From positions 82,088,001 to 82,152,000 of the forward strand of contig OX597825.1 of NCBI GenBank assembly GCA_951406725.2: 64,000 nt of DNA. The letters are read 5' to 3'. The number at the start of each line of letters is the position of its first letter. Position 1 is the first letter of the stretch. Below, one piece after another: positions 27,810 through 42,278 of the stretch. The position numbers were made by a program, and so were the translations under genes. The notes under the pieces are model-generated. The model was given only the letters and a program-made list of their open reading frames with translations. It was not told the DNA's origin and did not search any database. Origin of the DNA: Octopus vulgaris (taxonomy: Eukaryota).

Positions 27810-28179
27810 GTCGTCGTCGTCGTCGTTGCCGTCATCATCACCGACATCGTCACCAACATCGTCATCATCTCATCGTCGACGACTTAACTAGAATGAGAAC
27901 CATCAGCACAATCACGACGACGACGACGACCACCACCACCACCACCAAAACCACCATCATTATAATCATCATTGTTGTCATCTGCATCGTCACCAAGTAC
28001 CACTAGCGCCACCAACACTCGCATCACCTCCACCGCCACCGCCGTCGTCGTTTTCGCCCGGACCACCACCACCACCACCACCACTACCACCACCACCACC
28101 ACCACCACCACCACCACCACCACCACCACCACCACCACCACTACCACCACCACCACCACCACCATCATCATCATCGTCC

Positions 28180-28213
<34 letters not shown>

Positions 28214-28235
28214 AATCATCATCAACAACAACAAC
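27758..28235. repeat. Compound (CAT)n/(CGT)n/(CAC)n triplet tract
   Basis: Read directly. Confidence 0.95.
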
Positions 28236-28470
28236 AGTTCCATAGAAATATTCATGAAGCAGAGCAGCATTAAGAACTCAATATGGGTGCGACTAGGCGA
28301 GTAAAATATGAAATTGTGTGATGAGCATAGGAGGCATCATTTGGGGATATTTAACGGAAGATGACGTCGGCAGAGTACAATGTGAATTACTATCACGTGT
28401 TCAATACATTTATGCTGTTCATATATATATATATATATATATACACATCTGGACGGTGTGTTAAAAGTAA

Positions 28471-28523
<53 letters not shown>

Positions 28524-28975
28524 TGTATGTATATATGTGTGTGTGTGTGTTTATACATATATAGGAATAATTATGCATAGAGAAATATGATAAACGAATG
28601 CTTAATTTCGTTGTGTAATAAGATCGAAACGGAAAGTTTTATTTTCTTCATTAAAGACTCATCAGTGATCGTTAACTACGTCTTTCATTAAAGCTGGCCG
28701 AGTTTACAAAATTACTTATAGAACCATAAACAAAATTATAAAAACATAACTAGAATTTAGTTATTAATAATACACAGAGCCACAAACCCGATAGCCAGGA
28801 ATTAATAGCTGTAGAGCAAAAAAGAAAAAAGTGAAACCCAAAACAATGTCTTTATAAAACATAGAATTTAGATAGTATGAAAGACGAAACTAGTCCGTTT
28901 AGTTTCCATTTTAATCTACTTATCGTATTATGGTTAATCTACGTGCTGTTATTTCCCAACGGATAGAAAAGTGTA

Positions 28976-29168
28976 TACTCTCTTACTCTTTTTCTCTTTT
29001 ACTTGTTTCAGTCATCTGACTGCGGCCATGCTGGAGCACCGCCTTTAATCGAGCAACTCGACTTCGGGACTTATTCTTTTGTAAGCCCAGTACCTATTCT
29101 ATCGGTCTCTTTTGCCGAACCGCCAAGTAACGGAGACATAAACACACCAGCATCGGTTGTCAAGCAAT
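28976..29168 (-). mobile_element. SINE family A, 3' half
   Basis: ttttacttgtttcagtcatctgactgcggccatgctggagcaccgcc. Confidence 0.92.
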
Positions 29169-29823
29169 GACTAATACATGCAGTTCGTCTTCATTTGTCT
29201 AAGTGGTAAATATAAGTGTTAGTAAATAAGAGTCTAGTTTCTGCAAATCTTCGTACATAGAATAATAGACTTCAGGAAATAGGTTTCGGTCTCTTTAAGA
29301 CTGTACGTGTGTGTGTGTTCGTATTTGTAAGCGTGCGTATGTGTGTAAGTGTGAGAGAGAAAGAATGTAAGATATATGCAAGTATATGTGTGTGTGCGTG
29401 TGTGTCTGTGAGTGTATATGTATATATTTGTGTGTGTGTGTAGAGAGAGAGAGAGAGCGAGAGAGTGAGTTAGAGGGAGAAAGTGAGGGTTAGGGTAAGT
29501 ATGAGTGTGTGGAGGAAAGAAAGGAAAAAAGGAAGAGAAAAGAAAAAAAATGTTGTGAGGAACCCAAATGGGGGGTGGGGATTGGGGCGTAAAATCCTGA
29601 AGAAATTCGAGCTTGCTGACTCATTGAGGTCATTGAAATGGTTCCTAAAATTCTTGGAGAAGAAGAAATTTGAAGAGATTTATTTTTTGGGGTATGGAAA
29701 TCCTGTCTCTTCTATTTACGACATCAAATTAAAGCGCGAGGATAGTATTAGGCATATTCAGCTCGTAACGATACGTCGTAATGATATTACATGTCATAAC
29801 ATGAGAAGGGAAGGGTAGAGGGT

Positions 29824-29855
<32 letters not shown>

Positions 29856-29976
29856 AAGAGAGAGAGACGGTTGAGAGGAAAAGAGAGAGAGACAAAAAGA
29901 GCGAGGGGTGGAAGTTTTATATGCACAGATACTTACCCTCTCTATCTCTCACTCACACACATGCGCACGCGCGCGT

Positions 29977-30166
29977 ATTCTTTTACTTGCTTCAATCATT
30001 TGTCTGCGGCCATGCTGGAACACAGCCTTTAGTCGACCAAATCGACCGCAGGGTTTATTCTTTGTAAACCTAGTACTTATTCTATTGGTCTCTTTTTGCC
30101 GAACCGCTAAGTTACGGGGAAGTAAACGCACCAACATCGGTTGTCAAGCGATGGCGGGGGGACAAA
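29977..30166 (-). mobile_element. SINE family A, 3' half
   Basis: Same diagnostic motifs as other family A copies. Confidence 0.9.
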
Positions 30167-30211
30167 AAGAGAGAGAAGGAGAGAGCGAGAGAGAGCGAGA
30201 GAGCGAGAGAG

Positions 30212-30253
<42 letters not shown>

Positions 30254-30271
30254 TGTGGCCTCGTGTGTACC

Positions 30272-30462
30272 GTTGGCGATTTTTTTCCTCTGTCTTCCCT
30301 TCTCTGGATCTTTCCTTCTCCTATGTTTCCGACGAAGAGCTCCGCTCGAAACGTTAAACCCTCCTTCTTTCCTTCTTTCCTGAGCGTCCAATAATACTAT
30401 ATTTGTTCCACGTCCTTGCGTTGTTGCGTTTTTTTGTGTGCTTTCTTGTTTGGATTAACTTT
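30272..30462 (+). mobile_element. Family P1 Penelope-like short element, hammerhead with U4-to-C change
   Basis: GTTT-CCGACGA-A-GAGC(tcc)GCTC-GAAA-CG-T-T-AAAC at 30325-30359; ends gtttggattaac then (TA)n. Confidence 0.78.
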
Positions 30463-30499
30463 ATATATATGTATATATATATATAATGTATATATGTAT

Positions 30500-30720
30500 G
30501 ATTCAAATTTGTTAAGAGGCAACAAAATACAAACGCAAACGGCAGAGACAGATGAGGGTGCAACAAAAAGGACGGATTAGTTTGACGCTGAGATAAAAAT
30601 GGAAGAGTCTTTGACGTTTCGAACCTAGGCTCTCCTACAGAAAGGAAAGAGGGGGCAAAAACAGATGGAGAGAGGGGAAGAAAACAGAAAGAAAAAATGT
30701 GCCTGGATGAACAGCTGTAC
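30500..30720 (-). mobile_element. Family P2 Penelope-like short element, tail-to-tail with the P1 copy across a TA tract
   Basis: Minus CTTT-ctgtagga-GAGC(ctag)GTTC-GAAA-CG-TC-AAAG at ~30609-30644. Confidence 0.6.
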
Positions 30721-30793
30721 ACGCACACACACGCACACACACGCACACATACAAATATTTACATATACATATATACATAGATATAGAGATTTA

Positions 30794-30840
<47 letters not shown>

Positions 30841-30865
30841 GCATATACATTTATATATATGTATG

Positions 30866-30985
<120 letters not shown>

Positions 30986-31528
30986 GTATATGTATATACA
31001 AATACATATATGTTTTTCCCTGTTGAAACTTGTTGCGTGATTAGCGAGTATACGCACGATTCTCGGAATGGCAATAGGGAGATTCTTAGCACCAGAATAT
31101 GTACATAGTAATTATACAGCCGCCCTGAATTGCGTGCTTCTTCACCATATATATATATATATATATATATATATGGTAGATTTCTGTGTGTGTGTGTGTG
31201 TGTGTGCGTATATGTACGTATATGCGTAGAAATTGGAATAGTCGCATATACAATGTTACACACATACAGGCCCAGACGCACGTGGACGTAGAGGCGCAGA
31301 CGCTTTCGCTTCCTGAATATTCCCACGGATATGTTCAGCAACACCGCTAAACCCCAGCCAACACACATGCACGCAAATGCACACACACACGCACACACAT
31401 GCATACGAACATGTACACATTCACATTCACATACACACTTCATATACATATATATATATATATATATACATATATATATAGATGCACGTAAACTGACGTG
31501 TTCATAGTATGTATGTATGTATGTGTGT

Positions 31529-31571
<43 letters not shown>

Positions 31572-31572
31572 G

Positions 31573-31611
<39 letters not shown>

Positions 31612-31640
31612 TATATACATATATATATACATATATATAC

Positions 31641-31701
<61 letters not shown>

Positions 31702-32087
31702 AATGCATGCGTGTCTGTGTCTGTGTGAAAGCACGGGTATGTACTTATATTTAGGTGTATATGTATATATTTGTGCATGTGTGTGTTTGTAGAATAACAT
31801 TTGAAGTAGTAGTCACAGGAAAATGCTGCTACTTTTAGATACGAGAGAACCGTAATTAAGGAAATAATCAGATATGTTACACGATTGTTACGCTTCTAAA
31901 TGTAAATTCTTCATTTCCACATAATCCCTTTTCTTTCTTTCTTTCTTTTCTTTTTTCTTTTTGCGTTTTACTTACGTTTCTAACATTTACTGGTGGCTTC
32001 TTACAAGGTTTATCCAAAAGTAAGAACATCCACTATTAAGTGGGGGATACATATACCTTTCGGTGTTAATACTGATTTTACTCACCT

Positions 32088-32217
32088 TATTCCCTTCTCA
32101 GATTCACACACACTTATTGCAGCGGTCCTTCAGTTTAAAAGAATTCGGAAGGCTGGGTCTCCGACCAGTCCTTTCACGATACCCTTAAAGCCAGGAACTT
32201 TTGGGCACTCCTTCGTG
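32088..32217. mobile_element. Partial mariner-type MITE (one TIR)
   Basis: Homologous to 33025-33232 (cttattgcag(c/t)ggtccttcagttt..gatacccttaaa(g/t)ccaggaact). Confidence 0.75.
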
Positions 32218-32250
32218 TATATGGATCTATTCATCTATCTCCACTCCTCT

Positions 32251-32323
<73 letters not shown>

Positions 32324-32390
32324 AAATTAGAGATTTTTCAGTGCGTGGCGAGGCACAAGCCAAGCCCTTGATATAGTTATGTTTATAATC

Positions 32391-32430
<40 letters not shown>

Positions 32431-32521
32431 GTTAATCCAAACAAGAAAGCACAAAAAAACACAACAACGCGAGAACGTGGAACAAATTTTTCCCTGTAAG
32501 TTTGGATTTATTCCCTAATAT

Positions 32522-32605
<84 letters not shown>

Positions 32606-32697
32606 TATAATAATAATAAAGAGTAAAAATCATTAATGCTTTTTACCAAGTGGTCAGCGCGAAAATTTAAAACCTCATAGGTCAATTTTATAAATAT

Positions 32698-32922
32698 TTT
32701 ATAATTATATATATATAATTATATCAAGGGCTTGGTTTGTACCTCGCCACGCACTGAAAAATAGACGTCAAAAGACACTATTACCACTGTAAATTCTCCG
32801 AGAAAAACACACTACTACTCGGACAATTTATGGTGGTAATAGTGTCTTTTGACATCCATTATTCAGTGCGTGGCGAGGCACAAACCGAGCCCTTGATATA
32901 ATTATGTATATAATTATAATAT
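32698..32922. repeat. Fold-back with ~100-bp arms; a third partial arm at 32335-32395
   Basis: atatcaagggcttggtttgtacctcgccacgcactgaa / ttcagtgcgtggcgaggcacaaaccgagcccttgatat. Confidence 0.9.
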
Positions 32923-32961
32923 ATATACATATATGTGTAAGTACCTTACAACTTCACTTTG

Positions 32962-33015
<54 letters not shown>

Positions 33016-33024
33016 GGACACACA

Positions 33025-33232
33025 AGGGGTGTCGAAAAGTCCCTAGCTTTGGGTAAAAGAAAATACGGGAGGATCAGCTAATTATGGTTTTATTCAACGT
33101 ATTCCCCTTTTAGATTCACACGCTTATTGCAGTGGTCCTTCAGTTTTTCTAAACCCTGAAAAAGAACTCGGAAGGTTGGGTCTCCGACCAGGCATTTTGC
33201 GATACCCTTAAATCCAGGAACTCATCAGTACC
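33025..33232. mobile_element. Mariner-type MITE with decayed TIRs
   Basis: ggggtgtcgaaaagtccctagcttt at the left and aaatccaggaactcatcagtacc at the right form imperfect TIRs. Confidence 0.7.
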
Positions 33233-33419
33233 TGTATTGCGACCTTAGCAGTACACTTCAGCTGCAAAGAACAAACGATGGAATCTCTATATGGTAGTTC
33301 CGTCTTATTTTATTTTAATCTTATCTTTAGTCAGGGGAGAAGGCAGAACCTATCAGGCCTTCGAAGAGGACCCTTTTCCTGACTGGTTCCAACAGAGTGG
33401 ATTCTACCAAAGGTGCCCA

Positions 33420-33625
33420 TAGTATCAGGGGTCAGTGAGTGAACGCTACGACCGGCTTGAAGTAGTAGCAAAATTCCCTCAAACCATTCCTTATCGTCTT
33501 TAGAAAAGAATACTGTGTTGAATTACGTGGTACCTGGTTTCTGGCTCACAAGAAAATAACGGGATGGTCGCGGATGGAATGCTTTTGATCAGGGATATGT
33601 TTGATCAGTGCTGAACTGGGATTGC
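33420..33625 (+). repeat. Old unclassified retroposon-like repeat (relatives at 58610-58830 +, 63560-63695 +, 5670-5830 -, 37590-37670 -)
   Basis: Shared remnants gaa(a/g)tag(c/t/a)agc..aaa, atcgtctt, ggga(tgg)tc..tgatca; the 58.6-kb copy ends in (AAC)n. Confidence 0.55.
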
Positions 33626-34180
33626 ACACCACCACCACCACCACTACCATTACTGCCACCAACACCAGCACCGCCGCCACCACCACCACCACCACCACCA
33701 TTACCACCATCACCATCACAACTACCACCACTACCACTACTACCATCATCACCACCATCACCACCACAGCTGCCGCCGTCACCAACAGCAGCAGCACCAC
33801 TAGCACCACCACCACTCACCACCATCACCACCACAACTACCACCATCAACCTCACCTCCCACCACCGCCACCATTACCACCACAACTACTACCACTACCA
33901 CTACCACCACCATCACCACCCTCACCACCACAGCTGCCACTGTCACCACCAGCACTAACACTCCCTACCGCCACCATCACCATCACCATCACCATCACCA
34001 TCACCAGCACCACCAGCACCACCACCCACCACCATCAACCCCCCACCACCGCCACGATTACCACCATCAACACCACAACTACCACCACCATTACCACCAT
34101 TACTACCACCATCACCACCACAGCTGCCGCCATCACCACCAGCACCACCCCCCACCTCTACCACCAGCAACAACAACAAT
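33626..34180. repeat. Degenerate (CAC)n/(CAT)n triplet tract with internal sub-repeats
   Basis: Read directly; produces poly-Thr/Pro/His ORFs in all three frames. Confidence 0.95.
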
Positions 34181-35107
34181 AACTGGGTATTCTTTACATC
34201 AGTCCTCTGAAGTGAAAGCTATTCAGGACTGCTTCTCTCACTTCTTTTTTTAAGATCCATAAATATCAAACCAAAGTGAGCTTCACAAAGAAACATGTTC
34301 TGCCTTGAAGACATTTACTAATGAAGATTTAGAGGCATTGATTGTATCGTATTTCTGTGCAATCGAGATTCTTTCAGCTCTTGAATTCCAGATGAGAAAT
34401 ACAGACAAAAGTAGATATAAAAATGCCGATATAGTTAACAATATCTTTATATATTCGCTAAAGTATATTCACCAATATCATTTGTAATGAAAATAAAAGT
34501 CACCAAGTCGCAGACAAGATTGCCAACATGAAAAAGTTGTATAAGGTTTTGATGCTAAACTAGTTATCCGGAGGCCTTTATCTTAGATAACGGCCGAAAC
34601 AGAAGGACAAGGAAAATAAGCGGTGGATACGAACATCTGCTACTTCAGGATGATTCACTTAAGTAAACACCTTACCAATTCGACGGTTATACAAAGAGAA
34701 GGGCTGCTCAATTGGGATTTTTCCTTCTAAAAAGCTACATATCTAAACAAACAAACTCTATGATTCTAACAGAAGATCCACACTAGCGAACTAGTTGTTT
34801 GGAAGAACCGACAAATGTTTTAGATCATACGTGCTGTACAGTGCTTCAGCGAATGTGTAACGAGCTTTACTCAGGCGTTAATATCGGGTATCGTTTACCC
34901 GCAAGAAAGCATATGGCCGTACAAGCCTCGTCAATTAAAATACATCTCGGCAGTTGTTAAAATAGAGTGAAATAATAATGTTAAGATTTTCTTGGAAACG
35001 CCATTAACTTGTATACGAAGGAAGCAATAATGGTTAGATGTCTGCGATCGGAGTTTAAGAATTGTCATGCGATTCTTAACTGTCAACACTTCATTACATG
35101 ATTTTGT

Positions 35108-35345
35108 CATCACAACCCACGCTTGTTCGTCACATGTGCATGTCTATGTTTATCGCGGCATACACATCGTCCTCTCATTGCGTGTGTGTATGTATGTCTA
35201 TCACAACCACACAATCTCCTCTCATTGTGTGTGTGTGTATGTCTATCACACCTACACATCGTCTTCTCATTGTGTGTAAGTGTGTATGTCCGTGTATGTC
35301 TAATCACAGGCCACTCTTCGTCTTCTTAATTTGTCTGTATGTGTT
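35108..35345. repeat. Diverged ~45-50 bp minisatellite
   Basis: Recurring tgtctatcaca..cacatcgtc(c/t)tctcattgtgtgt units (4-5 copies). Confidence 0.8.
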
Positions 35346-35435
35346 TGTGCGCGCCTTTATGCATGTGTACTTCGTGTGTATATGTATGTGTGTGTATGTG
35401 TGTATGTGTGTGTGCGTGTATGTGTGTGTATGTGT

Positions 35436-35476
<41 letters not shown>

Positions 35477-36600
35477 AAGCCCACACATCTTAGGTCCCCC
35501 GGTTTGCAAGTCATTAAAGTTTTTGTTTAATTCCGAAACTGACTTCTTATTTATAATTGTTTACTTCAAGATTTGAGATTGTTAACGTTTAGGATGGAGC
35601 AAAATCTACTCAAAATGATTTCTAGAAGCAATCATCAAAATAATTAACGAGATAATTACTTGGTTATTTTGCACTCATTGTTTTACTTGAAAATAAGGAT
35701 GGTGAACTGGCAGAATCGTTGGGGTAACTGAAAAATACTTTGCGACGTTCCTGCTCTTTACATTCCAAATTTAAACTCCGGTGAGGTCAAATCCACCTTC
35801 GATTTCTCTGGTTTCAATAAAATAAAGTAACAGTTATTGAAATAAAGTACCAGAGGGGAGGGGTGGTGATCTAATCGACTAAGGCACAAAAACAAAATGA
35901 CTTTCCCAGACACAACAGAATATGCTTCAACACACGAACTCATAAAGAATCTTGCAAACCAAATCCAAAAACGAAACTGTTATTATGTCTTAACGAGACA
36001 TCAAATCACTGTAGTCGATGCTTAACTTTCAGGCTTCTCATGGTTTGCAAAACAAGGATTAGAGAGGTACTTCAGGACTTGACTGGCTCTCATTTTATCG
36101 ACCCTTACCCCAACCGTTTCCGGCAAATTATTATATATAAAAGCAAAACTTTGTTGTTTCTGATGACTCACAGACTGTTTGTAGGTGTAACAGAAGATTA
36201 CACAGAGGCACATTTTGTAAACAAACTCTTATCTTTGTGTCATATTTGAAATTATGAGATAAGAGATTTTGATGAAAGGAACGGTTAAAAATAGTCAAAG
36301 AAACATTTAAAAACTGCAAAACACAAGAACCGGAACGACTAAAGACCAACATTATTCCAACCAGCAAAGAAGAAACGCCCCAATATATACATTCATATAT
36401 ACATGTGTGTGTGTATATGTATATATATATATATATGTGCGTGTGTGCGTATGTATATATGGTATGTATAGTACATTTTTAACAGTAACTTCATTTAAAA
36501 TGACATCATTTAAAATATTTAATTCCCTTTAATATGGCCATGATTAAGATACTTAATGTTAAATGAACAACTCCATCTGGTTCGTATATATATACATAGT

Positions 36601-36659
<59 letters not shown>

Positions 36660-36668
<9 letters not shown>

Positions 36669-36830
36669 GAAATGAGGTACTCAGAAATCTGGATGGTTTT
36701 ATATTTACAGATGTTTATTAATATGTTACATGTTTTTATAAATCATATATTAGCGCTTGCGTCCACTCTAGTGGAGTCGTCAGATTGAACTTTTTCAGGA
36801 ATTTTGTCTCTTTTTATAGTATTATTGAGT
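36660..36830 (-). mobile_element. Penelope-like terminal fragment with decayed hammerhead
   Basis: Minus CTGACGA-cTCCAC(taga)GTGGAC-GCAA-GCGC-TA at ~36750-36784; 3' end abuts a TA tract. Confidence 0.55.
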
Positions 36831-38410
36831 GTGTAGGGGTGGAGAGATATATAAGATAGTACAAGAGGGTGAGGAATGGGGAGAAAGTGAGAGAGTGCGT
36901 GTGTGTGTATGCTTTTGTATCCGAAAGGAGGGTCAATGGAAAAGAGAAGGAAAGGAAGAAGGAGGAGAGAAAGAAGAAAAAATATGTTGACATCTTTGCA
37001 GCTGGTCAGTTTTTCAATAGTAAATAGTTGCACCTGATTTATTGTCTTCTTCTTTGGGCAAACCATTAAAGTTTCATAGATCCAGGTCATCTGGTTCACT
37101 GGACAGTGTCCTTGACTAAGACACTTGACATATAACAACCCACTCCATCCATTTCACTGGACTGTGTCCTTGAACAAAGAACTTAACTCTTAACCAGCTA
37201 GTCTACATAGCTCTAGAGCTGTCTCTGTTCAGTGTAGGAATAATTTAAGATAAAAAGCATGACAAACATTGCAGCATCGTTGAGAATGTCTTCGTCTGAT
37301 CATGCAAAGTTCAATTCAAAAGAAATCTACCTGTGTACAATCCATTGGTATTTTCCCCTCACATCAATTTTATGGCACTACCAAAGCCATTATTGAATTC
37401 ATATCCAATGGGTTAGGGTTAGGGTTACTCGGAGAGAATTAACTCATACTGGATGTAATAAATAGGGGAATATAAGGCAGCGAGCTGGTCGAATTGATAG
37501 CAGTCCGAATAAAATGCTTATCGGCATTTCGTCCGTCTTTGCGTTCTGAGTTCGAATTTTTGATTGTCCATCGTTACGATGAAAAGAAATTTTTTGAAGT
37601 CATGATTTGAATGAAATGCGGCTGTTGTTCCAGCAGATGGAGCGACCAGATAGAGGCTTCCTGTTGGCCAGCTCATATATTTGTCAGGTGATAGTATAAA
37701 GACATAATTTAAAAGCAATAATTCTAACGTTAAGCTTAAACCTACGCCACAACAAGTCCAATAGTGACTCGTGTCTGTATATCAACACCTACATAACAAA
37801 GAAAGAAAACACTTTCTTTGGTAGACTTACAGGAAAAGCATGCATGAGTGCCACTTCCAACATATCTAATATACATCTAGCAAAAGTAATAATTGTGTGA
37901 CAGTTCACAATTTACTATCATAAATATTGTCAAATCAGATAATCTAAAAAACATTATTGTCCACCATTATGGAAAGAAAAAGAAATGTGATCTTGCGATT
38001 CTAGGCGATGATAATTTCCAAAAAGCAAAGACCAAAATTAGAAATATCGTGACCCGGAAATATGGACAATAATATGAAAATAATGCCGTTGATCTTTAGA
38101 ACTCTTGGTATAAAAAGAACTACTTAGACACCCACACACGTACATGCATACATACATACAAGCAAACATACTCACCCATACATCTATACATACATCTATA
38201 CATACATACATACACACATACATATGTGTGTGTGTGTATTTTATTACTTATATATATTTAATATATATATGTATATATATATATATAATTTTATTATATT
38301 TATATACATAGTATATGTATGTATTCATATATGTGTATATATATATATATTTATTACCTATATTTATAATATATATATATGTATCTATGTATGTATATAT
38401 ATATGTGCGC

Positions 38411-38458
<48 letters not shown>

Positions 38459-38506
38459 ATATATATACATATATATAAATATATATACATACATATATAT
38501 ATATAT

Positions 38507-38550
<44 letters not shown>

Positions 38551-38938
38551 GTATATATATATACATATGTATACGAAAGAAAGATCTACTGAAGTTCAAA
38601 ACTTCGCATATTCATTTTTAAAGCAGAGGATGCTGGGTAATGCCGAACCGGAAACCAACCCTATACGTATACACTTGAGTCCATTCAGAAGTGGCAAAGA
38701 AACAAACTAAGTAATAAAATGAAATAAAAAAAATGAAACAAAGAAAAAAAAACAAAATAAACCAAAGTACAGAACGACACGGCAGCTGCCGTTGAAAGTA
38801 ATAATATATTTCCGTTTTCAATTCATATTTTAGCGTTGTTTCTCTTGGTAATAAGTTGTATTAGCTTCTATTAATAAGGCGAGGAAAACCACAGACTCTG
38901 AGCGTGTATAAGTGCGTGCGTGTGAGGTTTACGTCTAG

Positions 38939-38972
<34 letters not shown>

Positions 38973-39046
38973 ACACACACGCATACACACAAGAATGTGT
39001 TTACACAGACATGGAGAAACGCAGACATTTGCATAGTGCGTGTGTG

Positions 39047-39457
39047 TTCTTTTTTACTCTTCTATTCTTTTACTGGTTTCAGTAATTTGACTGCAGCCAT
39101 GCTGGAGCACCGCGTTAAAGGGTTTTTTTTTTGTTTTTAGTGGAAGAAATCAACCCCAGAATTTATTCTTTGTAACGCTAGTATTTATTCTATCGTTCAC
39201 TTTTGCCGGGCCGCTAAGTTACGGTGACGTAAACACACCAGCATTGGGGCACAAATACACACACACAAATACACACACACACACATATATATATATATAA
39301 TGGGCTTCTTTCAGTTTCCGTCTACCAAATCCACTCACAAGGCTTTTGTCGGCCCGAACCTATAGTAGAAAACACTTGCCCCAGTTGCCACGCAGTGAGA
39401 CCGAACCCGGAACCATGAGTTCGGGAATTAAGCTTCTTACCACACAGCCACACCTGC
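39047..39457 (-). mobile_element. SINE family A, near full length
   Basis: Includes tRNA-like head (tggctgtgtggtaag..gggttcggtctc) and tail. Confidence 0.92.
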
Positions 39458-40039
39458 TGCTACCACATATCAATGAGTAGTGTATGATGGGGATGTAGAC
39501 AATCATGCTGCTATCACAGAAAGCTGCATTCTCCGTCTAGGAATCGAAATTACGATCTTCCTACCGGCTCTGCGACACCCAAACCACAATGCTACACGCC
39601 TTCACGCACATACATACACACGTGCACAAACACACACATGCGTACACAAATAGGTATCTATCTATCTGTCTGTCTATATATGTATGCATGCATGCATGTA
39701 TGTATGTATGTATGTATGTATGTATGTATGTATGTATGTATGTATGTATCTATCTATCTATCTATCTGTCTTTTCCCCCGCGATCCATTTTGATAGGAAT
39801 TTTACTTTTTTTTCTTATTTTCCCCCCTTTTTTTCATTTTCGAAAAGAAAAGCTCTACGTTTGTATTTGTTTCCTCTGTATTGAGCCCTGTGTGGCCAAT
39901 AAAGAAAGTTATCTGCCTGTCTGTTTTTCTCCCTGTCTACTTGTCTGTCTGTATGTCTGTCTACATGTCTGTCTATGTATTTATGCTTATATAATGCTTA
40001 AAAAAACAACAATATATACATGCATAAATACATACATAC

Positions 40040-40088
<49 letters not shown>

Positions 40089-40486
40089 GATGTATGTGTT
40101 TACGTATGTGTCTATTGCTTTTAATGTTTTAATTGCTGTCGTGATCACGAATGTCTGGACGGATATAGCACAATCAATTAGAAACGAACGTTGTACAACA
40201 GACAAAAAAAAAAAAAGAAAAAATTCGTAATTGCAATAAATATACTTATATATCTATACTGAGAATCCCCCCAAATTAATGACTAAATATAATTGATATT
40301 TCTAAATATATATTTCTAATATATATATATATATATAAATTACATTTGAATCATGAGCTTCTGGGATGCAAAACAAAACAAGACAAAACAAAACAAAACA
40401 TCAAAAGGAAACAAAATATTTTTGTAATGAAATATATCACACATATTCTAATGAAATCCATATTTTAACATATACATACATACATA

Positions 40487-40584
<98 letters not shown>

Positions 40585-40804
40585 TGTATGTGTGTATATA
40601 GCACATATATGTCCATGTAGCATATGTATTTATGAGCACGGATTACTAATTAGTCAGCATAAGTAAGTCTATATCCGAATTTGGTTTATATTTCCCGTGT
40701 CTCCCTTGCAATCGTATTAATTAATCTTAGTCTTGGAGCCTGGAAATCTCCTCCCGTATTAAAATAGAATCGCACCATGTAAATCACAGCGGGGCATTAC
40801 GTAA

Positions 40805-41184
<380 letters not shown>

Positions 41185-41731
41185 CACATGTCACTGTTTA
41201 ATATACAACATCGTTCAAGTTTTATGTATTTTATTTTAACTGATTTCTAATTATCGTTCTAATTGCCTTTCATATTTCTAATTAGCTTTCTACAGTTCAT
41301 ATCGTACGCTAAAGTTCATATTGTACGCTACAGTCCCTCAATTCATATTCGACGTTTCCAGAACTTCACAGTCTCCTTTATTAGAAATGAGTATTTTAAA
41401 GTATCTGTGCTATTTCCCGTATACTGACTGAAACGTAGAATATGAATGTAGCACCTTTGTTGTTCCATACCAACTCCAAAAGCTGGAAAAAAATATAAAA
41501 GAAAAAGCATAAACCTTGAACCTAATTGTATGCTTAATAAACCATACATGAAAGACAAATTAAGTACCAGTTGTGTACTGAGGTCGATCCAATCGACTGG
41601 TCCCTTCCCCCAAAATTTCGGGCCTTGTGCCTAGAGTAGAAAAGAACGTTTTATATTTTGGTGCACGGCTCCATGTGCACCATTGCCCTGTCGCTGCGTT
41701 GCAATGTGTCTGTGTATATATGCAATTATGA

Positions 41732-41829
<98 letters not shown>

Positions 41830-42035
41830 GTGTTTATGTGCGTCTGCCTTCAGTCAGCTTCGGGAATAAATTGGCGTCGGCTGATGCCCCCAGATGAAAA
41901 GATTGAGATTTAAAACGCGTTTTACTCAATCGGTTTATTCTAGGTTATTCTATTGATGTCGCTCTGTACCCGTTGTTGTTTCTCTGCATTTGCGCAGTAC
42001 AACAGAAGGGGACACCACAGAGAGACAAATACCTT

Positions 42036-42089
<54 letters not shown>

Positions 42090-42157
42090 TTTTGAAGTGA
42101 GAATAATCACGGCATGATCTGAATATTTTTGAATGGCGTCTGCTATCTATCTATCTG

Positions 42158-42278
<121 letters not shown>

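Noticed and set aside
29560-29815. Unique segment with AP-1 (tgactca) and posterior-Hox-like (tttacga) sites as a possible enhancer
   Set aside because: Short motifs are expected by chance and conservation cannot be assessed from this window.
33601-34182. 193-aa Thr/His/Pro-rich ORF resembling a mucin or extensin
   Set aside because: All frames are open because the DNA is a degenerate (CAC)n tract; no unique coding flanks or clear splice context.
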